Origin: an uncultured cyanobacterium
Lineage (GTDB): Bacteria > Cyanobacteriota > Cyanobacteriia > Cyanobacteriales > Microcystaceae
Assembly: GCA_963807635.1 (NCBI GenBank)
Contig: CAWEDJ010000031.1
Location: 31,032 to 95,031 of the forward strand
Direction of reading: 5' to 3'
DNA length: 64,000 nt
A model generated the notes under the pieces. It was not told the DNA's origin and did not search any database. It saw only the letters and a list, made by a program, of their open reading frames with translations. The position numbers and the translations under genes are program-made. Positions 10,764 to 21,286 of this stretch are shown here, piece by piece (position 1 is the first letter of the stretch; every line of letters starts with the position of its first letter).

Positions 10764-12553
10764 GTGTTTAAAAATCTAAAAACTTCCACTCAATCAATCC
10801 TAATTATTCAAGGATTGTTAATTAGCACCTCTGGCTTATTCGTACAAAAAGTGCTTGCCAATCCTGTTCAACCATCTTCAATCATTCCAGAAGAAAAATT
10901 AGTTAGTTCCTGTGATGAAGTTATCCCAAAATTAAACTCGATCACGCCTAACGAATCTAGTTTAGAAGAAGATCAACCATTACCCGTTGCGACGAGTGCC
11001 TGTGCTTCTGATCTCGAAATTCCATCCTCAACACCGAATACGCTAGTTTCTCAGAAATTTTTACCGCCGCCTGAATCTGTTTCCCCGCCTGAAGTTCCTG
11101 AACCCCTACAAATCCAGACCGCAGAAGATAGCGATCGCTGGAGATTTGTATTTCAACCCTACGCCACCATTCCTATTAGTACCTACGGAAGCGCAACCGT
11201 TAAAGGACAGACCGTTGATTACAGTTTGAGCCTGGGACGATTATTGCAATATCTCAGCGTAACAGCGAGTGGTCGTGTGGAAGCCTGGAAAGGAAATTGG
11301 GGATTTATTATCGATGGTTACTATGTCAATTTGAATGCCATTAACAGTGTTCAGCGAACGAATAGTCGCACTCCTAGTCCGATTAATGCGGTGGACTATG
11401 TTTTAACTAAGGGCATTAACACCAATGTCCAGCAGGTTGCTAACCAATTAGACCAGCAAGTACAAGTATTGAAACAACAAGAAGAACTGAAGGCCAATGA
11501 AACTTTACAAAATCTTGAAAAAGAGGTGAATGACCTCCAGGCAACCCTTGCTCAAGATGCCCAATCCCTAGAAACCTTGGCGACTGATTTTAAATCTTTT
11601 CAAGAGACCTTAGCTCAAGATGGTCAGAAACTAGAGACTTTATCCACAAAAGTTCAAGAGGTTCAATCCCTGGGGTATCCCCCTCGAACCCAATGCAGGA
11701 CTCAAATCCGCGATCGCCCTCAATAGTGCCATTGCCAAAAATCAAGAGCAATTAAAAGACTTACAACAACAAATTCAAAATATTGGAACCATTCCCAGCT
11801 TAGATCAAGTTGAACAAAACCTACAGCAAACTAGGGCGGTCTTAGAAGAAGCAGATCAAAAAGTTCAAGAATTACAACAAATTCAAGATAGTGAACCGCT
11901 ACAAAAATTACAAGCCACCATTGAACAGGATAAGGCGCTTAATTGATCAAAAATTACAGCAGATCGACAAAGTTAAAAACTTCCAAGATAATCGTGAACC
12001 GCAACAAATTAATAATGACATTGATAGCAGTCTTCAATTTAATCAAGGAATTTATGATTTTGCCATTAGCTACAATTTCGGTGATACACCCCCCACAAGT
12101 TTGCCCAAAAAACCTTCTGAACAAGAATTTCCTCGTTTTTGGTTTCAGCCTATTTTAGGGGTACGTCTCAATGATATTAATGTTAAAATTCAGAATACAA
12201 TTAATTACGAAATATCCAGTAGTTTAGTCAATATTCAAGGCACAACCCAAAGTACAGTTCAAGCAGGAAGGCTGTGGTTTGATCCCCTAGTCGGCGGAAA
12301 ATTAGGATTACAATTATCTGATCCCATTACTCTCTGGTTGCGGGGTGATGTGTCAGGTTTTGGTTTATCGGGAGATACCAATTACAGTTGGAATCTACTT
12401 TTTGGTATGGATTGGTGGGTCAAAGAAAACATTTCTTTGCAATTGGGCTATCGTTTTTATGAAATTAATTATCAAACAGGCACAGGAATTAATGCCTTTG
12501 GTTTTTCAGAATTATTTAATGGCCCCTTTGTTTCTGCAAGTTTTCATTTTTAA
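10764..12553 (+). CDS. Putative outer-membrane beta-barrel protein with long Gln-rich coiled-coil insertion; two frameshifts (~11675, ~11938)
   Basis: Signal-like N-terminus, amphipathic strands (WRFVFQPY, GRVEAWKGNWGFIIDGYY, WFDPLVGG, LQLGYRFY), terminal Phe; the middle section is open in another frame. Confidence 0.7.
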
Positions 12554-12608
12554 TCAGAGAAAAACTTAAATTTTTTTAACAACTTTGCTAATGCTGGGAG
12601 ACTTGAGG

Positions 12609-13580
12609 TTAACCAGCAATTTTTCGTCGGCTAGTGTAAGTTATTAAACCTGTTAAAATACCCATTCCCGTTAAATATTTAATAAAGTCGGGAATTGCAG
12701 GATTAGGAGAAAAAAATCCTTCAATAATTCCAGCAATGACTAAGAGGGGAACAATTCCAAAAACTAACTGGGCTGACTGATATCCGTAGATTTTTAACGC
12801 ATCTACTCGACAATAATTGCCTGGTAATAATAAGGCTTTCGCAATTAATAATCCCGCTCCTCCCGCGAAGAAAATAGCAGGTAATTCCAAGGCTCCATGA
12901 GGAAAAACAAACGCCCAAAAAGGATAAGCCAATTGATTTTGACCGACTAAAGCCGCGATCGCCCCGATTAATAAACCATTATAAAATAAAGCATAAATGG
13001 TAAATAATCCCGCCGTTATACCGCCCCCCACCATCCTAAAAGCCACACTCAAGTTATTAATCATAATATTACTAGAAGCTAGGGGTTCAGTTCCCACGAT
13101 CGCCCCCATCCAGAGTTCATTTTTATCCCGGACTTTAGTAATTAATTCTTGAGGGACAATTAATGCCATAAATGCAGGATCTTGCCAGGCATACCACCAA
13201 GCAATTAACCCTCCGAACGTAAACAAGGCGATCGCGATCGCGGTATAAATCCAGGTTTGTTGAATCACTGTTGGTAATCGCCAACGATAAAATTCCAGCA
13301 CAGATTGCCATTCCTGATGCCGTGAACCTTGATAAATTTGACTATAGGCACGGGAGGTTAATTGTTGTAAATCTCGAATTAAAACCGTCCCTACTTCCTG
13401 GGTTTTTGCCCTTGCCAGATCTCCACTGACGGAACGATATAAACTAGCTAATTGTTGGATTTGAATAGCAGGAAGAGACTTAAGACCTTTTTTTTCGACT
13501 TGAATTAATAATTGTTCCAATATTTTCCAATCAGGTTCACGACGGGCAATCCAACGTTGAATATTCATAAAGATTTGCAT
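12609..13580 (-). CDS. Stage II sporulation protein M (SpoIIM/DUF95) family membrane protein
   Basis: YRSVSGDLA, IMINNLSV, FPHGALELPAI, AGIIEGFFS. Confidence 0.9.
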   Translation of the reverse strand: MQIFMNIQRWIARREPDWKILEQLLIQVEKKGLKSLPAIQIQQLASLYRSVSGDLARAKTQEVGTVLIRDLQQLTSRAYSQIYQGSRHQEWQSVLEFYRWRLPTVIQQTWIYTAIAIALFTFGGLIAWWYAWQDPAFMALIVPQELITKVRDKNELWMGAIVGTEPLASSNIMINNLSVAFRMVGGGITAGLFTIYALFYNGLLIGAIAALVGQNQLAYPFWAFVFPHGALELPAIFFAGGAGLLIAKALLLPGNYCRVDALKIYGYQSAQLVFGIVPLLVIAGIIEGFFSPNPAIPDFIKYLTGMGILTGLITYTSRRKIAG

Positions 13581-13640
13581 TGATTCTTCTAAAGCTAGTT
13601 TAAGATAATTTCAAACCCTATTCGATTTTGGACTAAAGTT

Positions 13641-14447
13641 ATGTCGAGAGAAATTAATCGTCGTCCTAGTAGCGAAACCTTGAGTGTCGGGAATGTGGTC
13701 AGTGCAGGTTTACGCATTTATCGGGATAATTTTAAAGTTTATTATTTGGAAGCCCTCAAAAGTTATTTATGGGTCTTTGTTCCTGTCTATGGTTGGGCAA
13801 AATTCGCCGCTATTCAAGCTATTATTTCTCGTTTGGCTTTTTTTGAAGTAAGGGAAACGCCAGAAAGCTTGGCTGATGCCCGCCGTCAGGTCATGCCGAA
13901 AATGTGGATCTTTTTGGTGACGGGAATTTTAATTGGACTAATTTTTTTCGCAGGATTGATTGTATTTGGTATTATTCTTGCTTTGTTCGGCGTTGGATTT
14001 GCCGCTAATATTCAAAGCAATGGTTTAGTATCTCTTGTTTTTGTCCTATTAATGATTTTATTCTTTTTCTCTATGATTTTCTCCTCTATCTGGCTGATTT
14101 CTCGCATTGCTTTTGCGGAACTGGCGATCGCGATCGATGGTATCAGGGAAGCGACGAAGGCGATCGGTCGGAGTTGGACGATTACCCAAGGTTTTGTTGC
14201 CAAAATTCAAATTATTTTCTTTATCGCTTTTCTATTAACGATTCCTTTTTCTATCGTAAGTAATCTCGGAAGCTTATTGTTCCAAAGTGCTGAATGGGGA
14301 GCCGTGATTAATTTATTTTTAACCATTCCTTTAGGAGCATTACTTGTTCCTTTTTGGCAATCGATTAAGGCAGTGATTTATTATGACTTACTTACTCGAA
14401 AAGAAGGTTTAGGATTGGAGCTAAGAGAGTTAAATGATAATTTTTAA
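13641..14447 (+). CDS. Conserved cyanobacterial membrane protein (DUF975-like)
   Basis: LSVGNVVSAGLRIYR N-terminus, AIGRSW and YYDLLTRKEGL C-terminus. Confidence 0.7.
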   Translation: MSREINRRPSSETLSVGNVVSAGLRIYRDNFKVYYLEALKSYLWVFVPVYGWAKFAAIQAIISRLAFFEVRETPESLADARRQVMPKMWIFLVTGILIGLIFFAGLIVFGIILALFGVGFAANIQSNGLVSLVFVLLMILFFFSMIFSSIWLISRIAFAELAIAIDGIREATKAIGRSWTITQGFVAKIQIIFFIAFLLTIPFSIVSNLGSLLFQSAEWGAVINLFLTIPLGALLVPFWQSIKAVIYYDLLTRKEGLGLELRELNDNF

Positions 14448-14614
14448 TTGGCTCAGAAAATACATAATGATTATCTCCTTAACCTGTACAGAATTTAACC
14501 ATAAATGTTGTATATTGACCACCTTGGAGAGTTGCGATCGCTCCAAACCAATTGATCACAACTTAAACTAAAATAATCAATTATCAGATAAATTAAAATA
14601 CACTGTTTTTAAAG

Positions 14615-16009
14615 ATGAAGATTTCACGTTTTTTGGGCATCGCGATCATTACTCTGGGGCTAACGTTTACCGTAAAGATACTGGAAGCCGCCGAGCCAGC
14701 AAATTGGTCTTTACGTCCTGCGGATCTCGCCATTATTCAGCAACCCCAAGCGACCCCTCCCGCCCAACGGAACCATCGCCAAAAACAGATAGACCTCGCC
14801 CGTCCCGAACAGTATGATCTGACGACCTATCCCGTAACCGATGCCAACGAAACCCACTGGCGCAAAACCCTCTGGGCAACGGCTTTATTGGAACCGCAAC
14901 AGCCCTATGTAGCCAATGCCTTAGCCGAAATTTTATCCCTGACCGATCGCCCTGATCTGACCAACGCCCAAATCCGCACCGTACAGATGGCCATGCAGAT
15001 CGGAACCCAATTATTTCTCAGTAATCCTCAATTTTATGCAGGAATCGGCGATCGCTTTCAAAAAACCGTCGAACAAACTCCCTATCCCGAATGGGCGGGG
15101 ATGGCTTTATCTGCCTTAGTTCAGGGCGGTTTGGATAAGGACATCGCAAAAGAACAACTAGAAAACACCAAAATTCGCTTTAGTTCTGTCAATAGTCCCG
15201 ATCTCAAGGTCGCGATCGCCGATATTGCGGAGCAAATTAATCCAACTCCGATTCCCCCTCTCACCGATCTGCTCAACTGGCAAATTCTTCCTCAACAAAC
15301 TCATCTTTATGTACTGTGCCGCCCCGATCCCGCCGTTCTTTGTCGTGCCGTCATTAAAGACCGCAATGGCAACTTTGTTAGGGAAAATTCCCGTCCTAAT
15401 GCTCCTATCTGGTCAGTGCCGCTTTTGACCCGTTCTTTGCACGGTTTACGGTGGCATTTGACGAGGGGAAATACGCCCCAAGGAATCTATCGCATCGAAG
15501 GAACCATGCCCCGTTCTGAAACGCCCTATTTTGGAGCCTATGGTCAATTTCCCTTAGTAAAGGTGTTTTTACCCTTTGAATCGGGGGTTAAATCCTTTGT
15601 TCCGACCCAATCAACCAATTTTATCCAAAATATCCAGAATTATCAAACCCTTTTCCCTCCTAGTTGGCGGGGTTATACACCCATCGAACAAGCCTATTGG
15701 GCGGGACAATTGGGGCGATCGCTGATTCGGGTACATGGTAGCGGCGAATTTCCTAGCTTTTTTGCGAATAATAGTCGTTTTCCCCAGAGTGCGGGTTGGA
15801 ATCCTGCGATCGGTTGTCTATCCGCTAAGGAGCTATACAACGATGATGGCAGCTTAAAGGAAGCCGATATGCCTAAAATCTTGCAAGCGTTGAGTGAGGC
15901 AGGAGACGGACAAATTGAGGGTTATATGGTGGTGAGTCAGGTTGAGGGGAATAGTAAACAACCGATTTCCGTCACAGAAATTGAGGCGGCAATTGGAACT
16001 CAAAAATGA
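14615..16009 (+). CDS. Exported hypothetical protein with possible L,D-transpeptidase (YkuD)-like C-terminal domain
   Basis: Signal peptide; TPQGIYRI, IRVHGSG and AIGCL motifs. Confidence 0.6.
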   Translation: MKISRFLGIAIITLGLTFTVKILEAAEPANWSLRPADLAIIQQPQATPPAQRNHRQKQIDLARPEQYDLTTYPVTDANETHWRKTLWATALLEPQQPYVANALAEILSLTDRPDLTNAQIRTVQMAMQIGTQLFLSNPQFYAGIGDRFQKTVEQTPYPEWAGMALSALVQGGLDKDIAKEQLENTKIRFSSVNSPDLKVAIADIAEQINPTPIPPLTDLLNWQILPQQTHLYVLCRPDPAVLCRAVIKDRNGNFVRENSRPNAPIWSVPLLTRSLHGLRWHLTRGNTPQGIYRIEGTMPRSETPYFGAYGQFPLVKVFLPFESGVKSFVPTQSTNFIQNIQNYQTLFPPSWRGYTPIEQAYWAGQLGRSLIRVHGSGEFPSFFANNSRFPQSAGWNPAIGCLSAKELYNDDGSLKEADMPKILQALSEAGDGQIEGYMVVSQVEGNSKQPISVTEIEAAIGTQK

Positions 16010-16254
16010 CTTTTATGTAACAGACTCAAAAATGATTGAGATGACTCTTCTACAATCAAGTTCTATAGATTCTTCATCCAATGTTTTTTAGAAAATTACG
16101 AGAGAAGATCGCAAAATAAACTCAATCATTGCATTATTGAAAATCCTACAATAAAGAAAAAAAGGCAATATATTTTCCAAAATCAATATTTTAAGGATTG
16201 GTGAGTAGTTTTGAAAAAATCGATTTGGATTTTTCGAGCAAGTTAAGTTGATCG

Positions 16255-16321
16255 AGCCGCAGGGACACTCACCATCATAAAGAAGTTTTATTTTTGAATA
16301 AATTGATAAATTTGACTGCAA
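16255..16321 (-). pseudogene. 5' remnant of a DCC1-like (DUF393) thiol-disulfide oxidoreductase
   Basis: KIKLLYDGECP-C matches the DxxCxxC N-terminus, then degenerates into AT-rich sequence. Confidence 0.5.
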
Positions 16322-16551
16322 TGCTATTGTATAGATTTAAATTATTATAAATACAGCTATTATCTTATTATTGATGTTGTTTAATCTTAAATAAAAGCTT
16401 GTGAGCAATTATTGTAAAGATTTGTTGCAGGATTTATAAAGCCGAATCAGTCTGAATAGGACTCGATGCAAAAATCTTAAAAGATCGCGCTCCTAATCCG
16501 CTAAACTGGACAGTACAGATTTATTTAAACCCTAAAAGGCGCGGAACTCCT

Positions 16552-18141
16552 ATGTCTCTTGGCTATGTTGCCCTCGTCCTTCATGCTCACTTACCCTTCG
16601 TGCGTCATCCCGAAAGTGACTATGTATTGGAAGAAGAGTGGCTCTATGAAGCGATTACCGAAACCTATATTCCTCTGCTCCACGTTTTTGAAGGATTAAA
16701 GCGGGATGGAATCGATTTCAAAATGACCATGAGCATGACCCCGCCTCTGGTCTCTATGTTACGAGATCCCCTCTTACAAGACCGTTACGATCAACATCTC
16801 AATCAATTACAAGAATTAGTCCAAAAAGAAATTAAACACAACGAGCATAATGGCCACGTTCGTTATTTGGCTGAATATTACGAAAAGGAATTTGATCTCG
16901 TTCGTCAAACCTGGGAACGGTGCGATCGCGATTTAGTCGGTGCGTTCAAAAAATTTCTGGATTCCAATAATTTAGAAATTCTGACCTGTGGCGCGACTCA
17001 CGGATATTTTCCCCTGATGAAAATGTATCCCCAGGCAGTCTGGTCACAAATCAAAGTCGCCTGTGAACATTACGAAGAAAATTTTGGCCGTCCTCCCAAG
17101 GGAATTTGGTTGCCTGAATGTGCCTACTTTGAAGGCGTAGAAAGAATGCTGGCCGATGCGGGTTTGCGTTACTTTTTGGTAGATGGTCACGGAATTTTGT
17201 ATGCTCGTCCTCGTCCCCGTTTTGGAACCTACGCGCCGATTTTTACGGAAACTGGGGTTGCCGCGTTTGGACGGGATCACGAATCCTCTCAGCAAGTTTG
17301 GTCATCCCAGGTCGGGTATCCTGGCGATCCTGAATATCGGGAATTTTATAAAGATTTGGGCTGGGAAGCGGAATATGAGTATATTAAGCCCTATATCATG
17401 CCCAACGGTCAACGGAAAAATATCGGCATCAAATACCACAAAATTACCAGTCGTCAGGCAGGTCTTTCAGAAAAAGCTCTCTATGATCCCTACTGGGCAA
17501 AAGAAAAAGCCGCCGAACACGCCGCGAACTTCATGTATAACCGAGAAAGGCAAGTTGGCCATTTAGCGGGAATTATGCAACGTCCGCCGTTGGTAGTTTC
17601 GCCCTACGACGCAGAATTATTCGGGCATTGGTGGTATGAAGGCCCTTGGTTTATTGATTATCTCTTCCGCAAGTCTTGGCATGACCAAAATACCTTTGAG
17701 ATGACCCATCTGGCTGATTATTTACGCAATAATCCTAATCAACAGGTTTGTCGTCCTTCCCAATCAAGTTGGGGTTTTAAGGGATTCCATGAATATTGGC
17801 TCAATGAAACGAATGCGTGGATTTATCCCCATTTACATAAGGCCGCTGAACGGATGATAGAGATTAGTCGTCGAGAAGCGGCAGATGAGTTGGAAGAACG
17901 GGCCTTAAATCAAGCGGCTCGTGAATTATTGTTAGCTCAATCCTCTGACTGGGCTTTTATTATGAAAACGGGGACAATGGTTCCCTATGCAGTGCGTCGG
18001 ACTCGTTCCCATTTGCTCCGTTTTGATAAGCTTTTTGAGGATGTTAATGCAGACAAAGTGGATTCTGGCTGGTTAACCCAAGTGGAAGCAATGGATAATA
18101 TTTTTCCGAATATTAATTACCGCGTTTATCGTCCTTTATAA
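16552..18141 (+). CDS. Glycoside hydrolase family 57 (branching enzyme-like, DUF1957 C-terminus)
   Basis: LHAHLPFV, GIWLPEC, YDAELFGHWW, QSSDW. Confidence 0.95.
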   Translation: MSLGYVALVLHAHLPFVRHPESDYVLEEEWLYEAITETYIPLLHVFEGLKRDGIDFKMTMSMTPPLVSMLRDPLLQDRYDQHLNQLQELVQKEIKHNEHNGHVRYLAEYYEKEFDLVRQTWERCDRDLVGAFKKFLDSNNLEILTCGATHGYFPLMKMYPQAVWSQIKVACEHYEENFGRPPKGIWLPECAYFEGVERMLADAGLRYFLVDGHGILYARPRPRFGTYAPIFTETGVAAFGRDHESSQQVWSSQVGYPGDPEYREFYKDLGWEAEYEYIKPYIMPNGQRKNIGIKYHKITSRQAGLSEKALYDPYWAKEKAAEHAANFMYNRERQVGHLAGIMQRPPLVVSPYDAELFGHWWYEGPWFIDYLFRKSWHDQNTFEMTHLADYLRNNPNQQVCRPSQSSWGFKGFHEYWLNETNAWIYPHLHKAAERMIEISRREAADELEERALNQAARELLLAQSSDWAFIMKTGTMVPYAVRRTRSHLLRFDKLFEDVNADKVDSGWLTQVEAMDNIFPNINYRVYRPL

Positions 18142-18193
18142 CGTTGATAATTTGCTTTGGCGATCGCGATTAAAAATCGTGATTGTTTTTGGG

Positions 18194-18246
18194 GGTTTAG
18201 ATTGTAAGTCTTAGATTTTGGGACTGCAAACTAAACCTTTTTTTTT
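18194..18246 (+). terminator. Rho-independent terminator after the GH57 gene
   Basis: ggtttag...ctaaacc stem followed by a run of T. Confidence 0.6.
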
Positions 18247-18725
18247 GCGATCAATCAGGGCATTTAATGGCTAAGAGAAAAATCGACAGAAATCAAAAAC
18301 AGTACTTTTCTTCCACCTAGAATCTCAATTTCAAGTTCGATCTAAACAAGAACAAAGATCACATTCTGTTTTTACCTATTTCACAATCTACTTACGAGGT
18401 ATTACTGATTTCTTTTTTGGCTCATTCCCTAAATACTTAAGTGTTATTGCTGATGACAAAAAATAACTATACTGTTATCTTACTTTTATTCTTAATTCAA
18501 AACGTTATTTTTTATTTCATTTTAAATAATTTCTTCGTTTTCAAAAAAACTTGTTTGCATAAATTGACTGTATTAAAAATAGTTAATTGGCCGCAATAAA
18601 TTTATCTATGAATTACGGCTTTTGATTAAACAATGTTTCTAGTTATTAATTTTAAAGATAATACAACTAATATTTCATCTATTTATCTCAGTTTTTAGGC
18701 ATAGGTTAAGATATTCTTTCGTATT

Positions 18726-18914
18726 ATGCGTTGTAATTCCTGTCAAAGTCCTGAGATATTCCCCTCTCTAAGCCATCCATCGTCGGTTCGTTTAGTTCTA
18801 CTTGTCCTACTACTACACAAATTTCGCTGTCATAATTGTCTGAGGAGTCAAGTAGGTTTGCTTCCCTGTTATTGGTTCAAACTGTTACGAGAGAGTATTA
18901 ATGTGAATGGATAA
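18726..18914 (+). CDS. Possible small zinc-ribbon protein (62 aa)
   Basis: CNSC...CHNC pairs flanking a hydrophobic stretch; no clear RBS. Confidence 0.35.
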   Translation: MRCNSCQSPEIFPSLSHPSSVRLVLLVLLLHKFRCHNCLRSQVGLLPCYWFKLLRESINVNG

Positions 18915-18942
18915 TAGCAATTTTTTAAAGGGTGTGCATAAC

Positions 18943-20078
18943 TTAAATTTTCTGTTCCTGGGGCGTTAATTCTTCCCAACTAACATCTCTCCGTAAAACC
19001 CAGCCATTATAGCCCACAAGGATTCGAGGCAACGTCTGATTATCCACAACTGATAAATTGTTCATGTTGTAGGTTGTATAAATCGTTGATTCAGAATTCA
19101 GATTAATATCAACAACGGTCAGGGTTTTGAAAGGTTGCTGTTGGCTATTAATTAATTTGCGGGGCCGCTCCCTAACGCTCCCGTATGTAGAAGTTCGAGT
19201 TCGCCGCGTTTCCCTGGAAAATAGGCGTGGTGATGGCCGCTAATGTAGGTGTGGACGTGATATTTTTCTAGCAACGTGCGTAATTTATCGGGATTAGAAA
19301 GGGTATTCCCTGCGGTATTACGTCCGATCGCAACGGCATAGAGGGGAAGATGGCCGATCGCGATTCGCATTTTGGCGGACTGGGCAGCGGCACTGGCTAA
19401 ACTTTTTTCTACCCAAATTAATTGTTCTTCGGAAAGGCGATCGGTAGAAGCATCCCACACGAGATAAAAAATATTATTTTGACTAAAACTGTAATAGAAA
19501 GGGAATTTCGCTTTATCGACAAAGGTTAAGTCTGGATTATGACGAGGATTATTCCAATAATTAGAAGCCAAATCTCGGTCTTTTTGAAACCGCATTTTTC
19601 CCTGAACGATCGCCCCGATCCATCGTGATTGCCAATGGTAAACCCTAGCGGAATTTTTGCTTGACGAAGGGGAGCCGCAATATGTTGATCAAATCCTTCC
19701 CACATTGCTGTAATTTGGTCAGACGTGAGGGAATTTTTTTGTCCCGCGACCATATCTCCGCCGCAAAGCACTAAATCGGGTTGCCAATCGGGAATAAACG
19801 CGATCGCCTGATCCACTTCTTTCTCGTAGGTTGTCGAGCCGTACTGACTATTGAGATCACTAATGACCACGATCCGCACATCTCCCGCGAACGGGTGCGG
19901 TTAAACCTTTTGGCGCAGGGGACGAAATGGGGGATTGGGCAACGGGGGCATTGAGGGTCACGCTTTCCTGGGGAGACAAAGCCTTATTTTGAGAAAAAAC
20001 TCGATGCAAAAGAGAAGCCGCCCCCAGACCGCCGAGGGTTCCTCCCGCGATTAACAATTGACGACGACTAACGCCCAT
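18943..20078 (-). CDS. Tat-exported calcineurin-like metallophosphoesterase; three frameshifts
   Basis: SRRQLL Tat motif; SDLN, GDMV, GNHD, GHHH motifs across successive ORFs; C-terminus ...WVLRRDVSWEELTPQEQKI* read manually. Confidence 0.85.
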
Positions 20079-20143
20079 AGACAGCAGTAACCAGTAAGAA
20101 TTTTCAACCGAAGTCAGTATAGTTTATTTGGTGTTACGGATTT

Positions 20144-20211
20144 GCTCCCCTAGCCTCCCAGTCTTAGAGAGAATGTTTGAAAGTCCCCCAGAATTGGGGG
20201 ATTTAGGGGGC
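20144..20211. repeat. Cyanobacterial intergenic palindromic (REP-like) element
   Basis: tcccccagaattggggga hairpin nested within gctcccctag...tagggggc. Confidence 0.7.
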
Positions 20212-20242
20212 TATAGTCAATATTTCTTAAAAAATAAGTTCA

Positions 20243-20791
20243 TTACCCAGCTTGCAGTTCTTCCAAGCGAGCCAACACTTCACTACTATGAATGGCAGGT
20301 TGTACCCCCAAAAAGCGATCGCGTAAAATCCCATCGGGATCAATCAAATAGGTATGGCGCAGAGACATTCCGCTCAACCAAGAACTGTATTGTTTACTCA
20401 CTGTTCCCGTTGTATCAGCTAGTAAAGGAAACTTTAGTCCCTCGGAATCACAAAATTCGGCATGGCTCTCTACGTCATCCACACTTACGCCTAAAATCTG
20501 GGTATTTTTCGCCCTATATTGGGGTAAATCTTTCTGAAAACGTTTGGCTTCCAATGTGCAACCCGATGTAAAATCCTTGGGATAAAAATAGAGGACGACC
20601 CATTGGCCCCGATAATCCGATAGGGCAATGTCGCGATCGCCGCTATTACTGGGTAAAGCAAAATCGGGAGCAGGTTCATTTAAGGGCAGTTGAGTGCCAC
20701 CGAGAGCCAAGGCAGGAGCGAGATTCACCAGATTGAGAAAGAGTGTAAACCCTAGACCGAAAAAGAGAGCAAACAGCGATCGACGAGACAT
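20243..20791 (-). CDS. bcp: Peroxiredoxin, BCP/PrxQ type, with signal peptide
   Basis: YFYPKDFTSGCTLEA active-site motif. Confidence 0.9.
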   Translation of the reverse strand: MSRRSLFALFFGLGFTLFLNLVNLAPALALGGTQLPLNEPAPDFALPSNSGDRDIALSDYRGQWVVLYFYPKDFTSGCTLEAKRFQKDLPQYRAKNTQILGVSVDDVESHAEFCDSEGLKFPLLADTTGTVSKQYSSWLSGMSLRHTYLIDPDGILRDRFLGVQPAIHSSEVLARLEELQAG

Positions 20792-20875
20792 AAACGTTAC
20801 AATTTCCTAAAACTTAAATGATTGAGTAAGCAAGCCTTAAACCATCGTATCTTTAAAACTTAACATTTTCTTAAT

Positions 20876-20917
20876 GTAAATTCATATACCGCAATATAAC
20901 TTGGTATATAATACACT
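20876..20917 (+). promoter_or_regulatory. Putative NtcA-activated promoter
   Basis: GTA-AATTCATA-TAC (20876-20889), 22 nt spacer, TACACT -10 box (20912-20917). Confidence 0.6.
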
Positions 20918-20959
20918 CTCAGATTAGAACTCACGTTTTCATAAAAAAAATAACTATCA

Positions 20960-21145
20960 ATGACAACCCAACTAGCTTCACGAACTGCTTCTACTACCGC
21001 TTCAAATCAATCTGCGGCTTCAGGATTACTCAGCCCCAAAACCTATCAAGTCGCCCAGCAGCTTGAATATCTTTATCTAGAGGCCGAAATAGACGTATTG
21101 CTTCGTCAGTTACAATCTTTAAAATCTCAAAAAGTCAGTTCTTAG
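20960..21145 (+). CDS. Small hypothetical protein (61 aa) with amphipathic C-terminal helix
   Basis: ORF directly downstream of the promoter; LEAEIDVLLRQLQSLK heptad pattern. Confidence 0.65.
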   Translation: MTTQLASRTASTTASNQSAASGLLSPKTYQVAQQLEYLYLEAEIDVLLRQLQSLKSQKVSS

Positions 21146-21286
21146 TCCTCATATTTATCGCTCCCTGTCTTGGTTTGACCCGCATTTAAACACTGCTTGT
21201 TATTGAATGCCTTGTCGTCATCCTGTTAAGGGGGCTTTTTATTGGCCGATTTTGCCGATATTTATTTAGCTCAATCCGAGGTAACA

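Noticed and set aside
20128..20571. 147-aa plus-strand ORF
   Set aside because: Antisense to the peroxiredoxin and runs through a palindromic repeat; shadow ORF
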